From positions 21,646 to 85,645 of the forward strand of contig CAZKRD010000002.1 of the NCBI GenBank assembly GCA_964555185.1: a stretch of 64,000 nt of DNA, in the 5' to 3' direction. Source of the stretch: an uncultured Candidatus Saccharibacteria bacterium (GTDB lineage Bacteria; Patescibacteriota; JAQUNI01). A program made the position numbers and the translations under genes. Every line of letters starts with the position of its first letter. Positions within the stretch are counted from its first letter, which is position 1. Below are positions 19,302 to 28,226 of this stretch, in pieces. The notes under the pieces are model-generated. The model did not search any database. It had not been told where the DNA came from and saw only the letters and a program-made list of their open reading frames with translations.

Positions 19302-20474
19302 ATGAAAGTATATTTAGATAATTCGGCGACCACGCCGGTGGATCCGCAAGTGTTAGAGGCGATGCTCCCTTACTTTAAAGAAAATTTCGGTAATCCTTCA
19401 TCAGTGCATTCCTGGGGGCAGGAGGGAGCGAAAGCGGTATTAGGCGCGCGCGATCAAGTGGCGCGATTTTTGAACTGTCAAGCAAAAGAGATTATTTTTA
19501 CAAGCTGCGCTACCGAGGCTGATAATCTCGCTTTGAAAGGAGTGATGCGGGCATCATACGCGAGAGGGCATCTAATCACTTCCCAGATTGAACACAAAGC
19601 GATTTTAGAGCCGGCAAAGGCCTTAGAAAAGCAGGGTTATAAGGTAACTTATCTGCCGGTAAACGATGAGGGAATAATTAAGCTATTAGATTTAGAGAAA
19701 GCGATAATTCCTGAAACAGTTTTAGTCAGCATGATGTATGCCAATTCAGAAACCGGCGCGATTCAACCTGTCCGCGAGATCGGTAAGATGATTCAAAAGA
19801 TTAACAAAGGCCGCCAAGCAAAAATTCGCTTTCACACAGACGCGGCCCAAGCAGTACAGTATTTGGATTGCGATGTTGACCGTCTGCACCTGGATTTAAT
19901 GACGATTGCCGGCCATAAAATTTATGCTCCCAAAGGCGTTGGTGCCCTGTATGTCCGCAAGGGCACGCCCCTAGAGCCGCAGCAGGAAGGGGGTTCTCAA
20001 GAATATGGTTTGCGCTCGGGCACGGAAAATGTGCCTTATCTTGTTGGTTTGGCTAAGGCCCTAGAGCTTGTTGCAGAAAACAAAGCGCGGGTTAATAAAA
20101 CACTGGCCAGACTGCGCGATAGATTGATCCGCGAGGTTCGAAAGAAGATTCCAGAAAGCAAATTAAACGGCCCAAAAAGAGAGAACCGCTTGCCGAATAA
20201 TGTTAATTTCAGCTTTCCGGGCGCAGAAGGGGAGAGTATTGTTTTGGCTCTGGACATGAAAGGAATCGCGGTCTCTACAGGGTCTGCCTGCACTTCCCAG
20301 GATTTAAAACCCTCCCATGTCTTGACCGCGATGGGCTTATCACCGGAAGCTGCCCATGGGAGTGTCCGGATTACATTGAGTAGGTACACGACAGAGGAGG
20401 AAATTGATCAGTTGATTGCTGTGTTGCCAGAAATTGTTGCCCGTTTTCGCAAAATGGCGCCGGGAGACGTGTAA
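19302..20474 (+). CDS. iscS: cysteine desulfurase (NifS/IscS family)
   Basis: MKVYLDNSATTPVDP start, a PLP-Lys region (IAGHKIYAPKG) and the catalytic Cys loop (STGSACTS). The gene is 390 aa. Confidence 0.92.
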   Translation: MKVYLDNSATTPVDPQVLEAMLPYFKENFGNPSSVHSWGQEGAKAVLGARDQVARFLNCQAKEIIFTSCATEADNLALKGVMRASYARGHLITSQIEHKAILEPAKALEKQGYKVTYLPVNDEGIIKLLDLEKAIIPETVLVSMMYANSETGAIQPVREIGKMIQKINKGRQAKIRFHTDAAQAVQYLDCDVDRLHLDLMTIAGHKIYAPKGVGALYVRKGTPLEPQQEGGSQEYGLRSGTENVPYLVGLAKALELVAENKARVNKTLARLRDRLIREVRKKIPESKLNGPKRENRLPNNVNFSFPGAEGESIVLALDMKGIAVSTGSACTSQDLKPSHVLTAMGLSPEAAHGSVRITLSRYTTEEEIDQLIAVLPEIVARFRKMAPGDV

Positions 20475-20575
20475 CCTGTAACCTATCGCTTGTAACCTGT
20501 AACTTGTAACCCGTAACTCAAGTTTTATTTCTTGTCTTGAGTTATAAGTTACAGGTTACAAGCTACAAGAAAAAG
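20475..20575. repeat. family A long hairpin between iscS and iscU
   Basis: cttgtaacccgtaactcaag then a loop ttttatttcttgt then cttgagttataagttacaggttacaag. Confidence 0.85.
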
Positions 20576-20947
20576 ATGTATTCAAAAAAAGTTTTACAAC
20601 ATTTTAATAATCCCAAAAACCAGGGAAAAATTGAAAACCCTGATGGTGTTGGTCAAGTCGGCAATCCGGTTTGCGGGGACGTGCTTAAGGTCTATATCAA
20701 GGTTAGAGATAATAAAATAGAAGATATAAAATTTGAGACTTTGGGCTGTGGAGCGGCAATTGCGGTTTCTTCAATGATTACAGAGATGGCAAAAGGTAAA
20801 AGCTTAAAGCAAGCAGAAAAAATATCTCGCGATGATATTGCCCAAGAGCTTGATGGCTTGCCGCCGGTCAAAATGCACTGTTCCAATCTAGCTGCGGACG
20901 CTTTACACAAGGCGATTGCGGATTGTCGCAATAAATCCCAAAAATAG
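20576..20947 (+). CDS. iscU: Fe-S cluster assembly scaffold (NifU/IscU-like)
   Basis: YSKKVLQHFNNPKN..GNPVCGDVLKV..LGCGAAIA..MHCSNLA carries the three conserved Cys of IscU. Start chosen at the ATG after the intergenic hairpin. Confidence 0.9.
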   Translation: MYSKKVLQHFNNPKNQGKIENPDGVGQVGNPVCGDVLKVYIKVRDNKIEDIKFETLGCGAAIAVSSMITEMAKGKSLKQAEKISRDDIAQELDGLPPVKMHCSNLAADALHKAIADCRNKSQK

Positions 20948-21003
20948 AAACAAAGATAGAGGGATAAAGGGATTGCCAAAAAGGCGGTCAATTAAGATAA
21001 AAA

Positions 21004-21050
21004 ATAGCCCCTATTTTAATCCAGAGATTTATATAATAGTGGGCTTTTTT
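21004..21050. terminator. hairpin plus flanking A/T tracts: probable bidirectional terminator after iscU
   Basis: aaaaaatagcccctat...atagtgggctttttt: a ~9-bp stem with a single mismatch, flanked by A-run and T-run. Confidence 0.55.
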
Positions 21051-21200
21051 CAATAATCTTTAGTTTCATCAGTTTAGCAGAATAAGATTAGTGAGGGAAG
21101 GTTTGGGGAGGGGAGAGGATTATTTTTTTTAATTTAAAAAGTAATTAAATAGAAATAATTCAGAGAGCTTTTGAATGAGAAACAGGGGAGAGTCGTTTTT

Positions 21201-21292
21201 TCTTGTAATTTGTAACCTGGAAGTCTTATAACTCACAACTTGTAACCCAAGTTTTATTTCTTGAGTTACAAGTTATAGGTTATAAGACTTCC
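21201..21292. repeat. family A long hairpin in the 530-bp non-coding gap downstream of iscU and the integrase
   Basis: ggaagtcttataactcacaacttgtaacccaag then a loop ttttatttcttg then agttacaagttataggttataagacttcc. Confidence 0.8.
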
Positions 21293-21477
21293 CGCCTGTG
21301 GATAACTTTTCTGGAAAATTTTGATCGCGATAGGGGAGTACCCCCTATTTTTATTGACCCTTCGATCTTGCCTTGCGAGTCAAAGTATCTTTTTGGCCTT
21401 CTCCAAACCCTTTAGACTTTCCCCTTTTTTATTATTTTTTTGAATCAAGGGGTCTTTATATCGCCTTTTTAAAACTT

Positions 21478-22431
21478 CTACTTTATTTCTCTGCCACTGT
21501 GAAATTTCCGATGAATATCCCGTAATCTTTTACTTGTAACATGGGTATAAATTTGGGTTGCGGTAAGGTTTTTATGGCCTAAGAATTCCTGTAGAGTCCT
21601 TAAATCCACTCCTTTATTTAAGAGGTCTGTGGCAAAGGAGTGCCTTAATACATGCGGGGTTGTGGTCATAGGCAGTCCTGCCATAATTGCGTATTTTTTG
21701 ACGCTTTTTTGGATCGAACGAGGGGTTAGTCTGCGAGATGAGCCCTTTTTGTTTCGATAGTTCAAAAATAGTGCTTTTTCTTTGTCTTTTCGTTTTTCAA
21801 GGTATTGTTTGAGCCAATAGATTGCTCGCTCTGAGAAGTAGACTGTGCGCGGCCTATCCCCCTTACCAATAATACTGATTTCTAGATTTTTAGTCCCTGT
21901 TTTTAATTTTACTTGTTCGCGGTTTAGATTAACCAGTTCTGTTATTCTCATCCCTGTAGAAAAGAAAAGCTCAAGAATAGCACGATCCCTCAAACCCTGA
22001 ATTGTTGAGATATTAGGGCTTTTGAGTAATTTTTTTAATTGGTCTAAGTTCAAAAAATTCACTGTTCTGGCATCCTTATCTTTAGCCAGCTTTATTTTTT
22101 CAGCGGGCAGGGATATGATATCTCTGTTAGCAAAGTAGTTCAAAAGAGATCTTAGGGCGATTAGATAATAGTTTTGAGTTGATTTTTTAAGGCCTTTTTT
22201 TGTTCTTGTTGTGCATTGGCGGGCAAGATAGATTCTGTATTGCCAGATATGTTGGGAACTAAGTTCGTGAGGTTTTAATTTGTTTAATTTTTGCATTTTT
22301 AACCAATCTAAGAATTTCTTTAAGAATCTTGCGTAGTTTTCCTGGGATTTTGAAGAGAGTCCTTTTTCGATCTCTAACCAATCAAGGAAGTCATTCAGAT
22401 GTTTAGGCAACGGCTTTTGATTTTTTTTCAT
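21478..22431 (-). CDS. tyrosine site-specific recombinase (XerC/XerD / phage integrase family)
   Basis: C-terminal catalytic region HVLRHSFATDLLNKGVDLRTLQEFLGHKNLTATQIYTHV (R..H..R..Y) and an N-terminal SAM-like core-binding domain. No tRNA adjacent. Confidence 0.88.
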   Translation of the reverse strand: MKKNQKPLPKHLNDFLDWLEIEKGLSSKSQENYARFLKKFLDWLKMQKLNKLKPHELSSQHIWQYRIYLARQCTTRTKKGLKKSTQNYYLIALRSLLNYFANRDIISLPAEKIKLAKDKDARTVNFLNLDQLKKLLKSPNISTIQGLRDRAILELFFSTGMRITELVNLNREQVKLKTGTKNLEISIIGKGDRPRTVYFSERAIYWLKQYLEKRKDKEKALFLNYRNKKGSSRRLTPRSIQKSVKKYAIMAGLPMTTTPHVLRHSFATDLLNKGVDLRTLQEFLGHKNLTATQIYTHVTSKRLRDIHRKFHSGREIK

Positions 22432-22571
22432 TTGACTATTCTCTTAAGTATAATTATGAGAACCATTATTCTATTATCAATATATACTTTTGAAGATTTT
22501 TCGTCTATTCCCTTCTTGAGTTACAAGCTACAAGCTCTACCTACAAGCTACAAGTTGCGCGTTACAAGACT

Positions 22572-23942
22572 TCACGGCAGATAATTTAACGGGTTTACAG
22601 CTTCTTCGTCAGGCCCGACCCGGACCTCAAAATGGAGATGAGGGCCAGTGGTTAAGTAACCCGCTCCCTTGGTGCCGGGCATGCCGCCGGTATAACCAAT
22701 AGTTTGTCCGGCTTTAACAAATTCTCCTTCCGAGGTGGCAAAAGAAGAGACATGGCCGTAACGGGTTTGGAGAGTTTCGGTGTGAACCAGGGTGATATAG
22801 CTGTAGCCGTAACCGGCATTGCGGGTCCGGGCCACATAGCCGGCTGCCGGAGCGCGGATCGGCGTGCCCTGCGGGCAGGCAATGTCAATCGCGTTATGTT
22901 CGAAATATCTACGGTAAGGATAGGAGGGGTCGTGAAAAGTAGAGGTAATCCGGCGGTATTGGAGCGGCCAGGTCAGGATCGCGGTGATGTTTTGAGCATC
23001 TTGCTGTAAGGCGGCGATCTTCTTTTTCACTTCGTCTTTTAAGGTAATCACTTCCCGATTCAGAGCTTTCTGAGCTGCTGCCGCCTTTTCTAGGAGTTGT
23101 TCATATTTTTCTTCGTTTTCCTGGGTTTGATTCAAGATATCTTTTTTCGCGGTTTTTTCCTGAGCTAAGAATTGTTTTTGGCCTCCTAGCTGGCTCCGCT
23201 TATCTGCCAACTCAATCGCTTTGTTTTCTGTTTCCTTTTTGTCTTCTTCAAGACTCGCTTTTAGGTGTGAAAGCGAGTCTCGTTTTTGTTTTAAGAGTCC
23301 ATTGATTGCGCTTGTGTCTTCTACGGTTTTTTCATAGTCAGCCCAGCTGGAGTATTTAATGATTATTTTGAAAAAATGAACAATGACATTAATGATCCCC
23401 TGGGATTGGACTTCGGCCGAACCTAAATATTCTTCGTCAAGACTATTGATTTCTTTAATAATGATTTGGATTTCAGCAAGTTTCTTGTCAATTTCTTCTT
23501 GGGTTATTTTGATATCCAGGTTTAATTTTTGGATTTCTAATTCTTTTTGTTGAATTTCATTAGTTAAGAGATTGATCTCGTTTTCAGTCCTGTTGATCTG
23601 ACCGTCAAGAATATTGATGTGCCCCTTTAGGGTGCCTGCTTTGCTTTTTAAGGAATCAACTTCTTTTTCATAACCAGAGATTTTATTGTTGATTTCTTCA
23701 ATCTGTTTGCTTTTTTCGCGGATTTGTTCCTGGAGATCAGAAATGTTCGTCTGATCCTCTTCTTCTTCTTCTTCTTGAGCTTCCAGGGGTTTGAGACAAG
23801 AAAAGTTAAATAATAAAAATAAAAGTAAAGGGATTAACCAGTATTTTTGTCTGTCCAGCCGCCCGCTTTTGGCGAAGACGGGCCTGTCCGCCGAAGCTCG
23901 TGAGCGAAGGCCAGAACTTTTGATTTTTGAACTTTTGATCAT
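22572..23942 (-). CDS. M23 family metallopeptidase with a long N-terminal coiled coil (EnvC/LytM-like murein hydrolase)
   Basis: Signal/TM, then a poly-E tract and heptad-rich coiled coil. The C-terminal M23 domain has HNAIDI, HVSSF and an intact HLHFEV zinc motif. Confidence 0.85.
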   Translation of the reverse strand: MIKSSKIKSSGLRSRASADRPVFAKSGRLDRQKYWLIPLLLFLLFNFSCLKPLEAQEEEEEEDQTNISDLQEQIREKSKQIEEINNKISGYEKEVDSLKSKAGTLKGHINILDGQINRTENEINLLTNEIQQKELEIQKLNLDIKITQEEIDKKLAEIQIIIKEINSLDEEYLGSAEVQSQGIINVIVHFFKIIIKYSSWADYEKTVEDTSAINGLLKQKRDSLSHLKASLEEDKKETENKAIELADKRSQLGGQKQFLAQEKTAKKDILNQTQENEEKYEQLLEKAAAAQKALNREVITLKDEVKKKIAALQQDAQNITAILTWPLQYRRITSTFHDPSYPYRRYFEHNAIDIACPQGTPIRAPAAGYVARTRNAGYGYSYITLVHTETLQTRYGHVSSFATSEGEFVKAGQTIGYTGGMPGTKGAGYLTTGPHLHFEVRVGPDEEAVNPLNYLP

Positions 23943-23944
23943 TT

Positions 23945-25420
23945 TTAGATTTTCGTAATAGCGCTTTGAACCCTTGCCAGTGTTTCTTTCCTACCTAAGA
24001 CCCAAGCAACTTCAAACGGACTGGGAGAGGCCTGCTTGCCGGTCAAAGCGACCCGTAAGGGCCAGAGCAGGTCCCCGGTCCCAATGTTGTTTTCGGTGAT
24101 CGCTTTTTTTAGTTCTTCTTCAAGTTTTGAAATCGTAAAGTCTTGGGTTTTCATTTTTTCCAATACAGACTCCCCTATTTTCAGATTTTTTTTGATTTGA
24201 CTTAAGGGAATCTTTTTCCAGATTAAAAGCGAGGCGGGATATTCGGGTTTTTTGAAATAGAAGCGGGTGAAGGCCTGGACTTCGCTTAAATTCTTTAAGC
24301 GTTCCTTAACAGTCTCAATCGCTTTCTGGATATAATCAGACGCGTGTTTTTTAGGGTCAATTTTGATAAAATTGTCATCTATGATCATTTGAGTTAAGGC
24401 TTTTGTTTCGGTCTTACGGATGTAATAGCTATTTATGCTGTTTAATTTCGCGAGATTGAACACCGCTCCCCCTTTATTTACTTTTTTGAGCGAGAATTCT
24501 TGGACAAGTTCAGGCAGAGAGAATATTTCGCGATTGTTTTTAGGGTTCCAGCCTAAAAAAGCGATATAATTAATCAAAGCTTGAGGCAAATAGCCTTGTT
24601 CCCGGAAACCCTTAACGGTTACGGGCAGACTCCCCTGTTTCCTTTTGCTCATTTTTGAACGGTCAGGGTTTAGGATTAAAGGCAAATGAGCATACAGAGG
24701 ACTTTTAAAATCAAGTGCTTTCTGCATTAGGATTTGTTTAGGTGTATTGGCAATATGATCCTCACCGCGGATCACATGGGAGATCTGCATTAAATAGTCG
24801 TCAATCACCACCGCGAAATTATAGAGAGGGATGTTTAGGCCTTTGGCAATCACAAAGTCTCCTAATAGCGAACAATCAAACTTCACTTCGCCGCGGATTA
24901 AATCCTTAAATTTTATTTTTTGGGCGGGGATCTTAAAGCGAAACACGGGCTTCTTTCCTTCTTTTTTATATTTTTCAATTTGATTTTCGGAAAGATTACG
25001 GCACTTACCAGAATAGCGCGGCGGTTCGCCTTTGGTTTTCTGCAAGTGCCTTTCGTCGGCTAATTCTTTTTCCGTGCAGAAGCAGGGATAGGCATTCCCC
25101 TGTTTTAATAATTGTTCGAGATATTGACGATAGGTTTTGACTCGCTTGGATTGACGATAAGGGCCATATTCTCCTTTTTGATCTGGTCCTTCATCGTATT
25201 CAATCTTGAGCCATTTCAGATGGGTAATAATATCCTCTTCCCAGGCAGGCCTAGAACGTTCAAGGTCTGTATCTTCAATCCTTAAGATAAATTTACCTTT
25301 ATATTTTTTGGCAAACAGATAATTAAAAAGCGCGGAACGGGCTGTGCCAACGTGCAAGGGTCCGGTTGGACTCGGCGCGATTCGCACCCGGATTTTTTTT
25401 GATTTTTTTTGATTTTTCAT
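23945..25420 (-). CDS. gltX: glutamate--tRNA ligase
   Basis: RVRIAPSPTGPLHVGTARSALFNYLFAKK (HIGH-type) and KMSKRK (KMSKS). The gene is 491 aa. Confidence 0.93.
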   Translation of the reverse strand: MKNQKKSKKIRVRIAPSPTGPLHVGTARSALFNYLFAKKYKGKFILRIEDTDLERSRPAWEEDIITHLKWLKIEYDEGPDQKGEYGPYRQSKRVKTYRQYLEQLLKQGNAYPCFCTEKELADERHLQKTKGEPPRYSGKCRNLSENQIEKYKKEGKKPVFRFKIPAQKIKFKDLIRGEVKFDCSLLGDFVIAKGLNIPLYNFAVVIDDYLMQISHVIRGEDHIANTPKQILMQKALDFKSPLYAHLPLILNPDRSKMSKRKQGSLPVTVKGFREQGYLPQALINYIAFLGWNPKNNREIFSLPELVQEFSLKKVNKGGAVFNLAKLNSINSYYIRKTETKALTQMIIDDNFIKIDPKKHASDYIQKAIETVKERLKNLSEVQAFTRFYFKKPEYPASLLIWKKIPLSQIKKNLKIGESVLEKMKTQDFTISKLEEELKKAITENNIGTGDLLWPLRVALTGKQASPSPFEVAWVLGRKETLARVQSAITKI

Positions 25421-25445
25421 TTTTTAGTTATTAACGTATTGAATA

Positions 25446-25473
25446 TTGACAAAATTTTTCAAGAGAGTATTAT
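25446..25473 (+). promoter_or_regulatory. sigma70-like promoter (TTGACA-N16-TATTAT) pointing into the 25.48-26.08 kb unit
   Basis: Near-consensus -35 and -10 hexamers with 16-nt spacing on the plus strand. This AT-rich gap also holds a minus-strand TTATCA-N16-TATAAT that would serve gltX. Confidence 0.45.
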
Positions 25474-25479
25474 AAAGTA

Positions 25480-26047
25480 TGATGAGGTATGATAAGGTAA
25501 TATACATATTCCTTTATGAACACTAGGGGGTGTTATCTACAGTGTTTGGACCTAACATTAATTGGGAAGAAGCTGAAAGGGATTACACAGAAGCTGATAT
25601 TCCTATCTTCAGACAATTTGGAGATAATGGCAGATGGATTGAGGATGAACGAATTACTCTCCGAGAGCTACGTCAAAGAGTAGATAGTTTTGGAGCTCAT
25701 CAGCTCATTTGTATCCATGGTCACACGGAGCGGTTAGGGAGAAGACATCCTTATAATCTAGTTATAGTTGGCAGGATGATATCGTTGATGCGTGCAGGAA
25801 GGAGGGCGCTTAGCATTGGGTCGTGATAATGGTTGTGGAGTAGATGCGATCAGACACTATGATCGCTCTGGTGTCTGCGATTCGGGCATTAATTGGCCAT
25901 GTGCTGGTTCTAATACTCGAGTAGTATCGTCAGGCGATATAGCAATGCATAGGGCTCGCGAGGCAGAACAAGATCCAAGACTAGAATGTCCCCTGTATCG
26001 GCAATTTAGTCCTTTGCAGGCCTGACAGCCTTATTTTGTACTCTCCA
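25480..26047 (+). other. unassigned ~570-nt plus-strand transcription unit (candidate structured ncRNA or small-protein gene)
   Basis: Bounded by a near-consensus promoter and a strong intrinsic terminator. Only weak plus-strand ORFs of 98 and 77 aa without SD. No minus-strand ORF, and no recognisable tmRNA or RNase P motifs. Confidence 0.35.
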
Positions 26048-26996
26048 CCCTTTGCCAGATTTGCGCAAAGGGTCTTTTTTTTATTTTAATCTCCCAGAAA
26101 ATGAGAAGCCACAGATATATTCTAGCAAAAATCAGGATGATCGTCCACCAAAGCTCTTTTAGGTTTTTGGCAAATTTAAGGGTTTGGAGAATTCCTTGGG
26201 CTTCTTGGCGCAAGCCGCGCATTTTGGGTGGTTGCCCGGGAACGATTTTTGGTTTCATTCGTGTCGGGCGGACACATGGGTCCGCCCCTACATTATTTTT
26301 CCAGGTTTTTTCTAGAAGCCTTGGTAATTGTACATATCCGCCAGTTGATCTCTTTTTTTGCTTGATCCAATCAGAGAAATTATCAGGATATTTTACATAG
26401 ACTTTTGCTTCTGGCGCGTAAGCAATTTGCCGTCCCCTATTCCAAACCAAACGAGAAATTAGCGCATCGTCAGAGAGTGTGTTCTTTGGAATTTTGTTCA
26501 CAATCCCCTGCCGTAAGGCATAAAGATAACCAGAACAGTCAAGATATTTTTTTTGTTTTGTTCTTTTAAGTCTTGTTTTGTGCGCCATTTCTACGAGAAG
26601 GTGCGACCAGAAGCCAAACATATTGTCGCGTCTATTTGTTGAGATCGGTCTGCCGCTTACAGCAGCGATTTCAGGATTTTTAAAGGGTTTTAAGATTGCT
26701 AGAATTGATTTTTGATCAATTTCCACATCACCGTCGGTTAGGATCAAAATATCGCCCCTTACTTCGCTGAAAGCTAAATTTAAGGCTGCTGGCTTGCCCT
26801 TTCCCCTATCTTTTATTAACTTGACCCTCTGATTGATTTTGTGGTATTTTAAAACGACCTTTTGAGTAGGAAGGTCTGGTGTGATAACCAGGATTTCCGA
26901 AAGAGGGCTAATTCTGGATAACTGATAGAGAATGGTTTGGAGTTGCTTATAAAGGGTCTTTGGTTCTTTATAAGCAGTGATGATAATTGAAAGCAT
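26031..26996 (-). CDS. family 2 glycosyltransferase with a C-terminal membrane anchor
   Basis: MLSIIITAYKEP...LTDGDVEI is the GT2 motif. The C-terminus (WWTIILIFARIYLWLLIFW) is hydrophobic. Confidence 0.75.
   Translation of the reverse strand: MLSIIITAYKEPKTLYKQLQTILYQLSRISPLSEILVITPDLPTQKVVLKYHKINQRVKLIKDRGKGKPAALNLAFSEVRGDILILTDGDVEIDQKSILAILKPFKNPEIAAVSGRPISTNRRDNMFGFWSHLLVEMAHKTRLKRTKQKKYLDCSGYLYALRQGIVNKIPKNTLSDDALISRLVWNRGRQIAYAPEAKVYVKYPDNFSDWIKQKKRSTGGYVQLPRLLEKTWKNNVGADPCVRPTRMKPKIVPGQPPKMRGLRQEAQGILQTLKFAKNLKELWWTIILIFARIYLWLLIFWEIKIKKRPFAQIWQRVESTK
26048..26082 (+). terminator. rho-independent terminator (8-bp GC-rich stem ccctttgc/gcaaaggg followed by T9)
   Basis: The hairpin and U-tract are read directly. 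It overlaps the last codons of the minus-strand GT2 gene, so the T-tract serves the plus strand. Confidence 0.7.
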
Positions 26997-27020
26997 ATAA
27001 GAAAAAGGAAGGATTGATTA

Positions 27021-27518
27021 ATGATGGAAGAAAAAAAGGAGAAGAAAAGAGGAATAAAGAGCAAGGATACTCCGCCTAAGGCTATAGGATTTATAAAGCT
27101 TCTTTGTGCTTTAATGAAACCTCTTTCCTTAAATGATATCATGATATTGCTTGGCAATCTTAGTGAAAGAGGAGTATATCGTTATTTAGGCGATATGGGC
27201 AAAGCGGGTCTTAAGCTTTTTGGCTTTGAGCAGCTCAGGTTCGTCAAGAATGAAGAAAAAGATACAGAAGAAGAAAAGCTAGTGTATCTACATTGTCTTC
27301 TCCCCGAACCTTTTTCAGGCAGAAGGATTGATAATATCTATGTTTCTCACAGTGATAAGGAAGGGTGTCCGGTTGAATTAGTCTTCTCTTTATATGACGA
27401 AACATCTGGAGAGCAGACTTCTGAGACTGTTGTTGTTGAAAAATTCTCAATTTTGCTTTTTGGTGTTATGAATCCTGAGGAGGAAGAGAGCGCAGACGAA
27501 ATGGGTGACGAGAAATAA
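27021..27518 (+). CDS. hypothetical protein, possible winged-helix DNA-binding fold with an acidic C-terminal tail
   Basis: Good SD (aaggaagg N8 ATG). The segment IGFIKLLCALMKPLSLNDIMILLGNLSERGVYRYLGDM looks HTH-like, and the C-terminus is EEEESADEMGDEK. It overlaps the ligT 3' end convergently by 52 nt. No family recognised. Confidence 0.5.
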   Translation: MMEEKKEKKRGIKSKDTPPKAIGFIKLLCALMKPLSLNDIMILLGNLSERGVYRYLGDMGKAGLKLFGFEQLRFVKNEEKDTEEEKLVYLHCLLPEPFSGRRIDNIYVSHSDKEGCPVELVFSLYDETSGEQTSETVVVEKFSILLFGVMNPEEEESADEMGDEK

Positions 27519-28023
27519 TCTCATATTCCGCACCTTCAGTTTCGAGGGTGCTTTTTATTAGGTCAATTTTTTCAATTTTAAACCCAGGGAAACGAGAGCT
27601 CCCTTTGAATTTTTTAGGCAGACGCGCTGTTAATCGGCCAATCGTAATGTGGGGTTTGAATTTCCGCCTTTCCTGATATTCTATCCCCTGCTTTTGAAAT
27701 TCTAAAACGAGGTCAGCATAAAAGGTCCGGATTTTTTTGGAGAGCATTTTAATCGCGATCACGTGGGAGAAGCTCCTGACATAATGCGGCCTTAAGACAA
27801 CAGCAGTTTGCTTTTCTGCTAGCTTGTCCAAGATTTGTCCAATTTTTTTAATCTCTTCTTTTGTCCGATCGCCCAAAAAAGCAACCGTGAGATGGATTTG
27901 CTCTGGAGGTAACCAGTTAACTTGTCCGGGAAAACGTTCTTTTAACCTTTCTTGGATCACCTTAATATCGCTTTTAGCACTTTTTGGCAAATTTAAGGCA
28001 ATAAATGCGCGGATTTTTTCCAT
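27466..28023 (-). CDS. thpR: RNA 2',3'-cyclic phosphodiesterase / 2'-5' RNA ligase (2H phosphoesterase, LigT/ThpR)
   Basis: Two H-x-T/S-x motifs (HLTVAFLG and HITIGRL), and the 185-aa length is typical. Confidence 0.8.
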   Translation of the reverse strand: MEKIRAFIALNLPKSAKSDIKVIQERLKERFPGQVNWLPPEQIHLTVAFLGDRTKEEIKKIGQILDKLAEKQTAVVLRPHYVRSFSHVIAIKMLSKKIRTFYADLVLEFQKQGIEYQERRKFKPHITIGRLTARLPKKFKGSSRFPGFKIEKIDLIKSTLETEGAEYEIISRHPFRLRSLPPQDS

Positions 28024-28084
28024 AGTTTTAGTTAATTTTGTCTAGTTATAAATTACCTCATTTTAACCTTTTTGGCAAAAGTGG

Positions 28085-28226
28085 TAGAATAAAGATAAGT
28101 GATGCCTGTCTTGCCCCGTCTCGCCTGCGAGGCGGACGGTAGGCAGGAGTAATGTCACCCTTCGCTCTTAAACTGAATAGTTTAAGAGCTACGGACGATC
28201 ACCTAATACAGGTGAAATTTTGAATA
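28085..28226 (+). promoter_or_regulatory. structured 5' leader upstream of amrS (two stable hairpins)
   Basis: A 10-bp hairpin ccgtc-t-cgcct/aggcg-gacgg at 28116-28139 and a perfect 10-bp hairpin ctcttaaact/agtttaagag at 28165-28188. No match to a riboswitch class I can recognise. Confidence 0.3.

Noticed and set aside
20948-22571. A tRNA gene flanking the integrase as an integration target.
   Set aside because: Scanning both gaps found no T-loop or anticodon-arm consensus. The repeats present are family A palindromes.
3267-22575. The regularly recurring gtaacctgtaac/tataact units looked superficially like a CRISPR array.
   Set aside because: The units are 6-7 nt, not 25-40 nt. They are organised as inverted palindromes with a central loop, not as direct repeats with unique spacers. 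No cas genes are present.
22652-23009. ORFs 22652-22888 (-) and 22704-23009 (+) with an Ala/Arg-rich composition.
   Set aside because: Both are alternate-frame or antisense readings of the GC-richer M23 domain region of the peptidase gene.
25480-26047. tmRNA or RNase P RNA as the identity of the orphan transcription unit.
   Set aside because: No tRNA-like T-arm (GGTTCGAATCC-type) before the 3' end, and no tag reading frame ending in AA-stop. The RNase P P4, GGAAAGUCCGG and GUAAGAGCGCACC motifs are absent.
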